Source: an uncultured Candidatus Binatia bacterium (GTDB lineage: Bacteria; Desulfobacterota; Binatia; HRBIN30; CADEER01). From it: 64,000 nt of DNA. Positions within the stretch are counted from its first letter, which is position 1. Each line of letters begins with the position of its first letter. The position numbers and the translations under genes are program-made. Shown here in pieces: positions 8,849 to 18,118 of the stretch. The stretch lies in assembly GCA_965216585.1 (NCBI GenBank), contig CBDCGC010000003.1:4259244-4323243 (forward strand), in the 5' to 3' direction. A model generated the notes under the pieces. That model searched no databases and had not been told where the DNA came from. It worked only from the letters and a program-made list of their open reading frames with translations.

Positions 8849-9310
8849 ATGTTCGGGGAGGAGGTGGTCAACAAAGTCAACGCGGCGCTCGGAACTGGTC
8901 TTTCGCTAGAGCATTTCTCGACCTCGGAGAATCTGCCGGTTTCGTTTGAATCGCGCCAGAATTTTTCCGAATGCCCGGGTCTGGTTGTGGCGTACGCGAG
9001 CTTTGATGCAGTTCGGAGAGTCGTTTCGTGCTGTGACGATGTTCTCGAAGCTCTGGAAGGGGTGCTTGGGTTCGATGATTACGCTTTCATGGGAGTAGCA
9101 CGCGTGAAGAACGTGACACTGTTGGAGTTGCACCAACTGGCGATTGCTGTTCATGACTCGGTGTTTTTTTGTCCCGATGAGACGTCGTCGATTGTATTGC
9201 TTGATTACTACGAAACACGAGGAACGACGGTCGACGAGGACCACACGATCGTTGTGCAAGGGGAGCCGTTGGTAAGTAAGTTGGACGAGTGCATTCGGCG
9301 AGCCGTATGA
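8849..9310 (+). CDS. Hypothetical protein (possible orphan immunity protein) in a locally lower-GC region. The upstream ORF boundary (8789) overlaps the IS3 terminal repeat.
   Basis: The track ORF is 8789-9310. The first 17 nt lie inside the IS3 terminus, so the first start downstream of the IS end is ATG 8849. No recognisable motifs. Confidence 0.35.
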   Translation: MFGEEVVNKVNAALGTGLSLEHFSTSENLPVSFESRQNFSECPGLVVAYASFDAVRRVVSCCDDVLEALEGVLGFDDYAFMGVARVKNVTLLELHQLAIAVHDSVFFCPDETSSIVLLDYYETRGTTVDEDHTIVVQGEPLVSKLDECIRRAV

Positions 9311-9324
9311 TCGACCAGGAAGGT

Positions 9325-9380
9325 CCTTTGCCATCGCGAGTGCTCGACCCTTCCAATCGAAACGGATTCGTTAACAACGG
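9325..9380. repeat. Repeat R2, copy B
   Basis: See copy A. Confidence 0.8.
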
Positions 9381-9603
9381 GATCCACAAGTCACGAATGT
9401 GTTCCTAAGGATCAAACGCTGGGCACACTCTCGTTACCAGCGCCAGTGGACTCTGTTCGAGAAAGTGCCTCAGGGGCAGATTTCAAGTCTCTCCGTCGTT
9501 GAAGTCCAACTGGCCCCGATTTTCCACTCGTGTCCGGCTCTTGAGCTGGGGTTGCGATTGCGACTTCGTGAAGCCCGGAGGAGAGCCCTTGGCTAGATCA
9601 TAA

Positions 9604-9830
9604 TTGTATTTTGAAATAGCCGATACCCGGTATCCTGGGGCGATGGAGATCGAGCGTGATCTGACCCCACGCCTTCGGAAGGCAGCCCGAGAGTTCCCTG
9701 CCGTGACCCTGACCGGTCCGCGTCAGAGCGGAAAATCCACCCTCTGCCGCAAGGTCTTCCCGAAGCTCGAATACGTGACTCTCGAGGCGCCGGATGTCCG
9801 CAGGGTCCGCAAGTCGAAGCGAGACCACCC
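9604..9830 (+). pseudogene. N-terminal fragment of an AAA ATPase (AAA_14/DUF4143-type), truncated; marks the island/core junction
   Basis: 'LRKAAREFPAVTLTGPRQSGKSTLCRKVFP' is a Walker A region typical of DUF4143-family ATPases. The frame decays after ~75 aa. Confidence 0.5.
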
Positions 9831-9911
9831 TTTGCCCGTGCCTATGCCTCGCCCATGCCTACGAGCGACCTGTCCTCCGAAGCCTTGGCGAAGGAGAAGG
9901 CGAGTTTGAGA

Positions 9912-10931
9912 TCACAGAAGTAGCACCAGGATGGCGACCGCTGCTGCTGCGGCGATGCCGAGGCTGGACCACAGCTTGGGTTGGATGACGATTGGATCGG
10001 AGGCGATGCTGCGCACGTCGTCGCCCGCTTTGCGACCGGCGGTGACGTCTTCGACGTAGGCGAGACACTGGCGCGCCAACAGCTCGCGAAAGGCGTTGCC
10101 GATCTCGACCGAAGCGACCGCGGGTACGCCCTTGTAGGAAACGGCGGGGCCTCCGTAGCCGTGTTTGGTGTTGAGCAACCAGCCGATGCCGCCGCTCAAT
10201 CCGTCGACGATCTCGCGTGTTTTGCCGGTGTCGGCGCCGCGATTCTGTTGAAACTCGATCGCCTTGTTGCCGGCCTGGAGCAGCGGTTGAAAAGGCGGTG
10301 GCGCGCACTTCTGCAGTTGTTCGTACCCCTCTTCGACGAGGCTGGCGTCCTGCGCCAACATGAACGAAGTCTCCCATGTGCCGGCGTGCTCGCCGCTGAG
10401 CATGCCGTCCTTTTCGGCCTCGCTCAGCGGCCGGCCGAGGAATTCTTCGACGAAAGCCTCGTGCTTGCCGGTGATGATGGCGTGGAGCACGGCGATCGCC
10501 GGCGAGAACATCTCGATTCCCTTGTCGCGCGAAACGTTGCGGCAGGCGGACTCCAGCGCCGCGGCGTGGCGCGGGCCGCCGTGGCCGTTGGTGACGACGA
10601 CGTAGCGGAATCCGGCATCGGCGAGAGAGGCGCCGTGCGAGTAGACCGCGTTGTAGACGGTGCTCTGATTGGCGTGCATCGAGCCGGCCAGTGGTAGCTC
10701 GTCGGTGCCGAGGGGCAGCACCGGGTACTGGAGGACGGTCCAGTCGGCGTGGGCGGCGGCGAAACGCCGGCCGGATTCTTCTGCCATCCAGCGCGCCATG
10801 TAGAAGTCCATCCCCAGCGGCAGGTGCGGTCCGTGTACTTCCAGGGCGCTGACCGGCAAGAAGCAAACCGTCTTGCGCTTGTCGAGCTCGCGGACGCGCG
10901 CGTACGAAATCTCTTCGGCTCTGAGCATCAT
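9912..10931 (-). CDS. Creatininase (creatinine amidohydrolase) family protein with a C-terminal hydrophobic tail
   Basis: 'FLPVSALEVHGPHLPLGMD' and 'VVVTNGHGG' are creatininase-family motifs. Confidence 0.75.
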   Translation of the reverse strand: MMLRAEEISYARVRELDKRKTVCFLPVSALEVHGPHLPLGMDFYMARWMAEESGRRFAAAHADWTVLQYPVLPLGTDELPLAGSMHANQSTVYNAVYSHGASLADAGFRYVVVTNGHGGPRHAAALESACRNVSRDKGIEMFSPAIAVLHAIITGKHEAFVEEFLGRPLSEAEKDGMLSGEHAGTWETSFMLAQDASLVEEGYEQLQKCAPPPFQPLLQAGNKAIEFQQNRGADTGKTREIVDGLSGGIGWLLNTKHGYGGPAVSYKGVPAVASVEIGNAFRELLARQCLAYVEDVTAGRKAGDDVRSIASDPIVIQPKLWSSLGIAAAAAVAILVLLL

Positions 10932-11148
10932 GGACTCAGCCTAGCAGCCCCATAAAAATCAGGACAAGCGCTGCGAATGGTCTTTGCGAATGGTCTTTTG
11001 GCGCCAGAGCTGCGTTACGAAATCCTCAACAAAAGCCTCGGCTTTGCCTCCCACCTCCGCCAAGGCTTTGGTGGACAGGCCGGTTTCGCGCCTTGCTCTG
11101 ACCCCAAGAGCCTCATTCTCGCTTGCTCGCCTGTCTTTCAAGGGACTG

Positions 11149-13206
11149 CTAGCCGGCCGAATCGGCGGCGTCGATGGTCGCCCCCTCGCGCTGTCGACCG
11201 CCGGTGGGGTTCTCGTAGGCGGCGACGAAGAGCTTGACGACCTGCCCCTGGTACAGCGTTTTCAATTCTCGCACTTCGAGAGCGGGGTAGCGGCTGCGCA
11301 GCACTGCGATTTTCTCGTCCGGCTGGAAGTCCTGGTAGATGATGAAGACGACGTGGCGCCACGATCTCTTGGCCAGCGCGTCGACCTGATGACGCAGCCG
11401 CGTCAAACGATAGTGGAGATCGCTGAAGTCCGGCGCGGGGTGGTCGGCAATCTGTGGCCAGTCCTTGGCGTCGAGCGGCCGCCACGCGAAGTCGCCTTCG
11501 AGCGACTCGTCGAAAATCAGGTAGGCGACGTCGATTCGCATCGCTTCGGGAAGCTCGAGGAGGAGCAAGGTGTCGGGCCGAGCTTCGCGCAGAATGACCT
11601 CGGCGGTGCGGGCGGGGAAGGGCACGCCGAGCTCGCGGGCAAAGTAGCGAGAGCCGATGCGGAGAAAGACGAGGGTGAAAACGATGGCCGGAAGCAGGAC
11701 GATCAACGTGCGACCGAGAGCTGGGAAGCGCGCGCGGACGCGGCGCAAAGCGGCGGCGGTCGCCAGGCCGGCGATGATACAGAGGGCGGGAAAGAGTGCG
11801 GTTTCGCGATGGGCGTTGGTCCACGAGACGAGCCCGGGCGCCGCAGCGCCGGCGACCAGCGCCAGCAGCACGGCAGCGTGGGCTCGCCGTCGCTGAGCGA
11901 CGAGCCACAGCAAGCCGAGTGTGCAAGCGATCGTCACCTGCGGTTCGAGCCAGAGGATTGGATCGACGAGTCGGGCGATCGGTGTCTGGTGGGTGTCGGA
12001 GACGAGACCCGCGAAGAGACCGGTGTAGAGGAACTCGAGGTTGGTGCGGATCGCGTCGAAGGCGGCGTTTCCCCAACCGGCGCCGCGAAAGGCGCGATCG
12101 TTGACCCGGTTGTCGAGCGGCGAAGCCCAGCTCCACTCACCGCCACCGAGGATGACGGAGATCGAAGGGCCGGCCGCCCACAGAGCGACGCCGAGCAGAA
12201 GCAAGAGGGCACCGGGGAAGCAAGCGCGAAACTTGGCCGGGTGGAAGACCGCCAGCCAGACCAAGGCGCCGATCGGGATCAGAAAGCTCGAATAGGCCGA
12301 GCCGAAGGTGTGGAACGACAATCCCATGGCGAGAGCCGTCGCCAGCCAGTAGCGCGCGTGCCGGCGTTCGATCGCCAAGTAGGTCATGGCGGCGACGGCG
12401 ATGACCAAGAGCGAGGGGAAGTCGAACGGAAACATGCTGTGACGGCCCCATGCCGTGGCCACCGGAGTGGTGGCGTAGAATAGCATGACCAAGATGGCGG
12501 CGAGCGGACCGCCCATCTTGCGTCCGAACCAGTAGAGAAGTTGGCACATCCCGACGCTGGCCAGGACGGAGGCCAGACGCATGGCGAGGATCGAGGCCCC
12601 GGCCATGCCCCAGATCAAGTACATCCAGAAAAAGTGGAGAATGCCGATCGGCGCCCAGGGCGCCCTGATGGCAGTGCCGCCGGCGACCGCCAGAGACGAT
12701 CCGAGGTCGGTGGCGATGGCCGCCTGCACCGTCATTTCGCCGACGAACGAACGCGGCAGGTGATTCAGAGCGAAGAAGCGGTAGGCGACGATGGCGGTCG
12801 TGCACAGCGCCAGCACTACCGCTTCGGCGATGACGACCCAGCCCGCCGGAACCTTTGCCGTCGATTTCCACGCGGCATCGTTGCGCAGCCAGGGAACGAC
12901 TGCGAAGGCGGCCCAGATCAGCAGCAGAACACCACACGCCGGGAAGATATACTCGGGCGGCACGGTGTAGGCCGCCAGCGGGCTTCGCCGCGCCACCAGT
13001 GCATCGATCGCCGGCGTCAAGAAACCGAGCGCGGCGACGCCGTTGCCGTCCGCCCGAACGCTGAGCCAGACGGCGCCGCCGACCAGTGCGACGACGAAGG
13101 AGCAGTAGCAGAGCGTCAGCCAGAACGGCCAGCGAAGTGAGGGCGAGTTGTCGCGAGCTGGCGACGGCGAAGTAGAGCTGGAAGAACGCTGGTCGCGACT
13201 TGGCAT
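11149..13206 (-). CDS. Polytopic membrane protein, GT-C fold glycosyltransferase-like (ArnT/PMT, GT39/GT83-like), with a C-terminal soluble domain
   Basis: >12 predicted TM helices in the N-terminal 450 aa. The architecture resembles the 759 aa protein at 40704-42983. Assignment is by overall architecture only. Confidence 0.5.
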   Translation of the reverse strand: MPSRDQRSSSSTSPSPARDNSPSLRWPFWLTLCYCSFVVALVGGAVWLSVRADGNGVAALGFLTPAIDALVARRSPLAAYTVPPEYIFPACGVLLLIWAAFAVVPWLRNDAAWKSTAKVPAGWVVIAEAVVLALCTTAIVAYRFFALNHLPRSFVGEMTVQAAIATDLGSSLAVAGGTAIRAPWAPIGILHFFWMYLIWGMAGASILAMRLASVLASVGMCQLLYWFGRKMGGPLAAILVMLFYATTPVATAWGRHSMFPFDFPSLLVIAVAAMTYLAIERRHARYWLATALAMGLSFHTFGSAYSSFLIPIGALVWLAVFHPAKFRACFPGALLLLLGVALWAAGPSISVILGGGEWSWASPLDNRVNDRAFRGAGWGNAAFDAIRTNLEFLYTGLFAGLVSDTHQTPIARLVDPILWLEPQVTIACTLGLLWLVAQRRRAHAAVLLALVAGAAAPGLVSWTNAHRETALFPALCIIAGLATAAALRRVRARFPALGRTLIVLLPAIVFTLVFLRIGSRYFARELGVPFPARTAEVILREARPDTLLLLELPEAMRIDVAYLIFDESLEGDFAWRPLDAKDWPQIADHPAPDFSDLHYRLTRLRHQVDALAKRSWRHVVFIIYQDFQPDEKIAVLRSRYPALEVRELKTLYQGQVVKLFVAAYENPTGGRQREGATIDAADSAG

Positions 13207-13360
13207 CAGCGCTCTACTGACACTGTCCGTTTGATCTAGTCAACACGCACTTGTCTGTGCCCCACGGCTTCTACCGCGAGCGAATGGGCACAAGTCGATG
13301 CGGTACTCCTTCGCCGTCATCGACAAGCCTGCGCGTGATGCCCGGGCGCCGAGTATAACG

Positions 13361-16351
13361 CTACCGGAGTTGGCGCGCCGCAGCCCTGTCGGTGCATCCC
13401 TGGAGAGCGCTCGAAACCGCGGTGACGATCTCGTTCACCCTTACGGAGTGGTCGCCATTCAGGTCCACTGACGGGCATGACGATAGTGGCGATTTTCCGA
13501 GCGAGATTGCAACGACGCGAACCAACTCTGCGACCGCAACTGCGCGGTCACCGTCGCAGTCACCGGCGCATGAGGGGGATGGCTGTTCCGGCGTGCGGGT
13601 TGGTCTCGGTGTGAGAGGTGCGGGGCTGGGTAGCGACGAGCGAGGTAAGCCCCAGATCTCAGTTCCGTTTTGATCGTAGGCGCCGAAATAGATCGTGCCT
13701 CCCGAGCCGACAAATCCGTAGGGATTCGAAGAGCGTTCTCCCGGATTTACGTCGGCGAGGCGCTTGGTTCCCTCCGGGCTGCCGTCGCTGGTCCAAACCT
13801 CGCAACCGAGGTCGTCGCATGCGCTGAAGATCAGGGCGTCGTCGACTACGAACAAGGAAGTCGGATTGGACCCGAAGGGGCCGGGAACGATGTCACGTAG
13901 TATGAGTGTACCCTCGGTACTCCCATCGCTCGTCCAGGGCTCACGGCCGTGGATGCCGTCGTCGATCACAAAGAACACGCGCCCAGTTGCGGCGACCATT
14001 TGGGTATCCGAAGGAAGGGGGGCGCCAGAGAGACTGCGTTGGATCTCGATTGGGCCGTCTGGACCGGGTATTGTATCGCGCACCAGCCATGTGCCTTGGG
14101 CAGTGGCGTCGCTTCGCCACAGCTCGAACCCGTGCAGGCCATCGTCGGCAAAGAAGAGGATCTGGTCGCCCAGGCCGACTAGGTTGTGAGGGGACGATCC
14201 CATTCCTCGGGTAGGTTCGCCGCCAGAGAAGAATTGACCCGGGTTGATGTCGGCAACGACGCGCGTTCCCAAGGTGGTTCCGTCCGTGACCCACAATTCT
14301 GCTCCGCGTTCTCGATCGTACGCCGAAAAGAGAGAGAGTGTCCCCATCTCTGTGAAGCCACGAATGGGCGCAGCTCTCTTAAGGTCTACGAGTGTTTCTG
14401 TGCGTCCCCGCTCAACGTCGGTCGTGTAGATGATGCGCGATTGGTAGCGATCGAGTGAAAGAACGCTGTCGTTGACGGCGACGAGGCGGTTCACCTCACG
14501 CGGCAGCTCAGCTATCCGAGCCGTGCTTTCTGGTGTGCCCTCCGTGCGCCAGAGCTCTTTCACTGTGTTTTCGACGACGACGATAAAGTACGCTGCGTTT
14601 CCGGCATGTATGAGCGAGCCGGTGTCCTCTCGCGTTTCGCGCAGCTTCACGGCTGAACCGCGGGACCCGTCGTGCGACCAGATGCTATTCATGCGGTTGC
14701 TGTCGGCTGACTCGAAAACGAAGTGACCAAGGATGTCGAGACCCAGTGGGGCGTCGAGGACGGAGAATGGCGAGTCGATTCTCCCTAGATCCGGGTGGGT
14801 GATCTGAAGTGTTCCAGGCGTGGTGCCATCGCTGATCCAGAGGTTATTTAGAATTCCCGCCCCTGGGGAGAAATAGACCCGAGGGCCGTTCGAAGTCGCG
14901 GCTGCCGTTAGCAGGCTCGGATACGAGCTTTTGATGTCCGCCGCGATGTTGGCGACCATTCCCGCCTGCGTTCCGGAGACATCCGTACGCATCAGCTCGA
15001 TTCCAGATTCGGAATCGCCGCCTGAGTAGAAAAGAACGTCTACGAAGGGGAGAAACCCGATCGGGCGGTCTCCGTTGGCTGCGACTCCAAGATCGGTAAT
15101 GCGCGATGCTGTGGCTTCACCCGGCTCGATCGTCCATATGGTGAGACGATCCTCGTCGTCGAGCTCCGTGAACACGAGTCGATCTCCCCACCTCGTCGCC
15201 GTCTCTGTCACGTTGTCGACTCGATCAGTGAACATCTCGAAGCGTCGGAGCTCGCCACTCAATCCACTGAGCGCGACGAGTTGTTTTCCGTCGAATACGT
15301 CGTCGACAATGAAGAATAGAGTGTTGCCCACTGCCACTCCACCTGTCAGCCCTGGGAAGCGAACACTACCGAAGCTGGCCAGATCGCGGGTTCCCTCTCG
15401 CGTGCCGTCCGAGAACTTCACCTCGCTGCCGGAGAGGAAATTGCCGATCAAGAAAACTCCATCTTCAGCCGCTTGAAGCGTCGAGATCAGCTCGCCAACT
15501 GGGTAGGAGAGAAGAAACTCTGGTTCTTGGTCGGGGGCCGTCACCCATAGGCCTATCTGCGAGCCCCTGCCAACGAGAAAGAACAGCTTGCCGGCGGCAG
15601 CGCAAAGTTGCATTGGATCTGAGCCGCTCGGACCGATGACGAGGTCTCGTACGATCTTCGTTCCTTCGACCGAGCCAGTTGTTTGCCACACTTCTTTGCC
15701 GGTTGGATCTTCGCTTGCGACGAAATACGTCCGATTCCCGACTTCTACAAATTGTGCTGCAGTGGAAGTACGCAGGAAGGTTTCGCCGCCAAAATCGAAC
15801 CGGTGCAGGAGGACGCTGTCTCTGCTAGCGAGATCAATGCTCCGCAACCCGACTCCGGCTTCACCTTCGCTGAGGACGATCGCATCGTCGTGAACACGAC
15901 CCAGCACGGAAATCGCCTTCTCGCCAGTGAGGTCGATCCGATCGATCTCGGTTGCCGTTGTGTTGGTTGACCAGACTTCGCCGCTGGATGTGCTGAACGC
16001 AAACCGACCGTCGATGTAGATTGGAATGGTCCGGGTGCTATCGCGGCCCGTGATTCCTATGTTGCCGGGTCGGATGTCCCGGATTCGATAGGTGTTTTCG
16101 GGCGTGCCGTCGGTGACCCAGGGTTCGACGCCGGCGTCTTGCGTTGCCGCGAAGAAAAAGGCACGTGAGTCGCTGGCGACTCCCTGGATAGGAGCGTATG
16201 AGCTGCGCGGTGCTGCGCCGGGAGCGATGTCACGCACCAAGTGCGCTTCACTCTGCGCCTCGGCGGATAGGTTGCCGCCGACCGCCAGAGCGATGAGCAA
16301 GTGTGCTGATCTTAGCATTGTGCGATTGAGCCTGGGCATGCGATCGATCAC
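13361..16351 (-). CDS. Secreted ELWxxDGT-repeat protein (996 aa) with a C-terminal dockerin-like Ca-binding module
   Basis: Signal peptide 'MLRSAHLLIALAVGG'. Repeated 'E[LPV]W.[ST]DG[TS].EGT' motifs occur ~10 times. The C-terminus 'DCDGDRAVAVAELVRVV...DLNGDHSVRVNEIV' is a dockerin-type duplicated D.DGD motif. Confidence 0.7.
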   Translation of the reverse strand: MIDRMPRLNRTMLRSAHLLIALAVGGNLSAEAQSEAHLVRDIAPGAAPRSSYAPIQGVASDSRAFFFAATQDAGVEPWVTDGTPENTYRIRDIRPGNIGITGRDSTRTIPIYIDGRFAFSTSSGEVWSTNTTATEIDRIDLTGEKAISVLGRVHDDAIVLSEGEAGVGLRSIDLASRDSVLLHRFDFGGETFLRTSTAAQFVEVGNRTYFVASEDPTGKEVWQTTGSVEGTKIVRDLVIGPSGSDPMQLCAAAGKLFFLVGRGSQIGLWVTAPDQEPEFLLSYPVGELISTLQAAEDGVFLIGNFLSGSEVKFSDGTREGTRDLASFGSVRFPGLTGGVAVGNTLFFIVDDVFDGKQLVALSGLSGELRRFEMFTDRVDNVTETATRWGDRLVFTELDDEDRLTIWTIEPGEATASRITDLGVAANGDRPIGFLPFVDVLFYSGGDSESGIELMRTDVSGTQAGMVANIAADIKSSYPSLLTAAATSNGPRVYFSPGAGILNNLWISDGTTPGTLQITHPDLGRIDSPFSVLDAPLGLDILGHFVFESADSNRMNSIWSHDGSRGSAVKLRETREDTGSLIHAGNAAYFIVVVENTVKELWRTEGTPESTARIAELPREVNRLVAVNDSVLSLDRYQSRIIYTTDVERGRTETLVDLKRAAPIRGFTEMGTLSLFSAYDRERGAELWVTDGTTLGTRVVADINPGQFFSGGEPTRGMGSSPHNLVGLGDQILFFADDGLHGFELWRSDATAQGTWLVRDTIPGPDGPIEIQRSLSGAPLPSDTQMVAATGRVFFVIDDGIHGREPWTSDGSTEGTLILRDIVPGPFGSNPTSLFVVDDALIFSACDDLGCEVWTSDGSPEGTKRLADVNPGERSSNPYGFVGSGGTIYFGAYDQNGTEIWGLPRSSLPSPAPLTPRPTRTPEQPSPSCAGDCDGDRAVAVAELVRVVAISLGKSPLSSCPSVDLNGDHSVRVNEIVTAVSSALQGCTDRAAARQLR

Positions 16352-16357
16352 ACTCGA

Positions 16358-17002
16358 TCAGTTTGCGTTCTGCAACCTGGTGAGTCCCGCCGCCGCGGTC
16401 TTCGTGTCAGGCGGGGAAGAGATCGCTCGAATGGCGGCAATGCCGCTGACTCCCATAGCTCGCACTTCGGCGGCGTTGTCGCTGTCAATACCGCCGATGG
16501 CGACGATTGGAATCGCCAGACGGTCGACGAGCTGTCGGAGCTCGTCGAGGCCCCTTGGCGGGCCGAACCTCCGTTTTGCGGGCGTGTCGAAAATGGGACC
16601 GAAGATGACGTAGTCGGCGCCGTCTTCCTGGGCCCGTTCCGCTTGGGCGAAGGAGTGGGTCGATACTCCCACGATCACTTCGTTGCCGAGAAGCTTGCGC
16701 GTATCCGAGACGGAGAACGACGCGGCGGGGAGATGGACGCCGTCGGCACGTGCGGCAAGGGCGATGTCGATCCGGTCGTTGATCAACAGACGCACGCCGC
16801 GGCGCCGTGTGATCGAACGCATTTCGTGCGCAATGGCTAACAGCTCGTCGTCTGGCATGTCTTTCTCACGGAGCTGCACAGTGCGGACTCCCCCGTGGAT
16901 GGCGGCCTCGACCACCCTGCACAAGGGGCGGCCCGCGCAAGCGTGTCGATCGGTAACCATGTACAGATCGAGGAAGTCTCGTCTCTGTTTGGGGTGATGC
17001 AA
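16358..17002 (-). CDS. thiE: Thiamine-phosphate synthase
   Basis: 'LYMVTD', 'GGVRTVQLREKD', 'LLINDRIDIA' and 'GADYVIFGPIFDTPAK' form the ThiE signature. Confidence 0.85.
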   Translation of the reverse strand: MHHPKQRRDFLDLYMVTDRHACAGRPLCRVVEAAIHGGVRTVQLREKDMPDDELLAIAHEMRSITRRRGVRLLINDRIDIALAARADGVHLPAASFSVSDTRKLLGNEVIVGVSTHSFAQAERAQEDGADYVIFGPIFDTPAKRRFGPPRGLDELRQLVDRLAIPIVAIGGIDSDNAAEVRAMGVSGIAAIRAISSPPDTKTAAAGLTRLQNAN

Positions 17003-17021
17003 GGCCAGTCGCGAGGTCGGC

Positions 17022-17795
17022 TCAGTCGAGCAGGCCTTCCAGTGGTGAGGAGGCGGTGGCGTAGAGCTTGCGCGGGATGCGGCCGGCGAGGAAGGCTTTG
17101 CGGCCGGCTTCGACTCCCAGCTTCATGGCTTCGGCCATGGCGATCGGGTCGCTGGCGCCGGCGATGGCGGTGTTGAGCAGCACCGCGGCGCAGCCGAGCT
17201 CCATGGCCCTTGCGACGTCCGAGGCGGTGCCGACGCCGGCGTCGACGATCACCGGTACTTTCGCCTGCTCGAGGATGATCTTCAGATTGTACGGATTGCG
17301 GATGCCGAGCCCGGAGCCGATCGGCGCCGCCAGCGGCATCACCGCGGCGCAACCGACGTCGGCCAGGCGCTGCGCCGCGATCGGGTCGTCGTTGATGTAG
17401 GGCAGCACGGTGAACCCTTCGCCGACCAGCGTCTTGGCCGCTTCGATGGTTGCCGGGACGTCGGGAAAGAGCGTGGCGTCGTCGCCGATCACCTCGAGCT
17501 TGACCATGGCGCCGACGCCGGCCTCGCGCGCCAGCCGGCAGGTGCGCACGGCGTCGTCGGCGGTGTAGCAGCCGGCGGTGTTGGGCAGGATGGTGTGGCG
17601 GTCGAGGTCGAGATAGTCGAGAAGGTTCTCTTCGTCGCTGCGTGTGATGTTCACCCGCCGCACCGCGACGGTGACGATCTCGGCGCCGCTGGCATCGATC
17701 GCCGCACGGGTTTGCTCGAAGTCCCGGTACTTGCCGGTGCCGACGATCAACCGCGATGCATGGTGCCGGCCGGCGAGCTCAAGGGTGTCCGCCAC
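17022..17795 (-). CDS. thiG: Thiazole synthase
   Basis: '[10 protein letters not shown]', 'LPYINDDP' and '[13 protein letters not shown]' are ThiG motifs. A GTG start is likely at ~17795; the track ORF extends to 17864, overlapping thiS. Confidence 0.85.
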   Translation of the reverse strand: MADTLELAGRHHASRLIVGTGKYRDFEQTRAAIDASGAEIVTVAVRRVNITRSDEENLLDYLDLDRHTILPNTAGCYTADDAVRTCRLAREAGVGAMVKLEVIGDDATLFPDVPATIEAAKTLVGEGFTVLPYINDDPIAAQRLADVGCAAVMPLAAPIGSGLGIRNPYNLKIILEQAKVPVIVDAGVGTASDVARAMELGCAAVLLNTAIAGASDPIAMAEAMKLGVEAGRKAFLAGRIPRKLYATASSPLEGLLD

Positions 17796-17799
17796 GGCT

Positions 17800-18000
17800 T
17801 CACCCTCCTCCGATGAAGTGAACGATCTCGACGACGTCGCCCTCGTGCAGGGCGCACTCGCCAAACGAATCGCGGGCGACGATTTCGCGATTGATCTCGA
17901 CTGCGATGCGCCGCCCGCCGAGCTCGAGGTCGGCGATCAGATCGTTCAGCGTCGCGCCCTCGCCGACGACGCGGTCTTCTCCGTTCACTTGCAGGTGCAC
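17800..18000 (-). CDS. thiS: Sulfur-carrier protein ThiS
   Basis: '[23 protein letters not shown]...[13 protein letters not shown]' with a C-terminal GG. GTG start inferred. Confidence 0.7.
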   Translation of the reverse strand: MHLQVNGEDRVVGEGATLNDLIADLELGGRRIAVEINREIVARDSFGECALHEGDVVEIVHFIGGG

Positions 18001-18118
18001 CGCAAAACGATAGTGAGCGTCGTACGGCAATACAAGCCGCCCCGGTCGGACCTGGGGCTGGCGCGGTGGGCTCGTGTTTACATCGCCGCGGGCGTTTGCT
18101 AGCGGCCGTGGCGTGGCC

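Noticed and set aside
10984-12483. Long + strand ORF (499 aa) overlapping the membrane glycosyltransferase-like gene
   Set aside because: It is antisense to a well-supported multi-TM gene. The composition is low-complexity and Arg/Gly/Ala-rich, typical of a high-GC antisense ORF, with no motifs.
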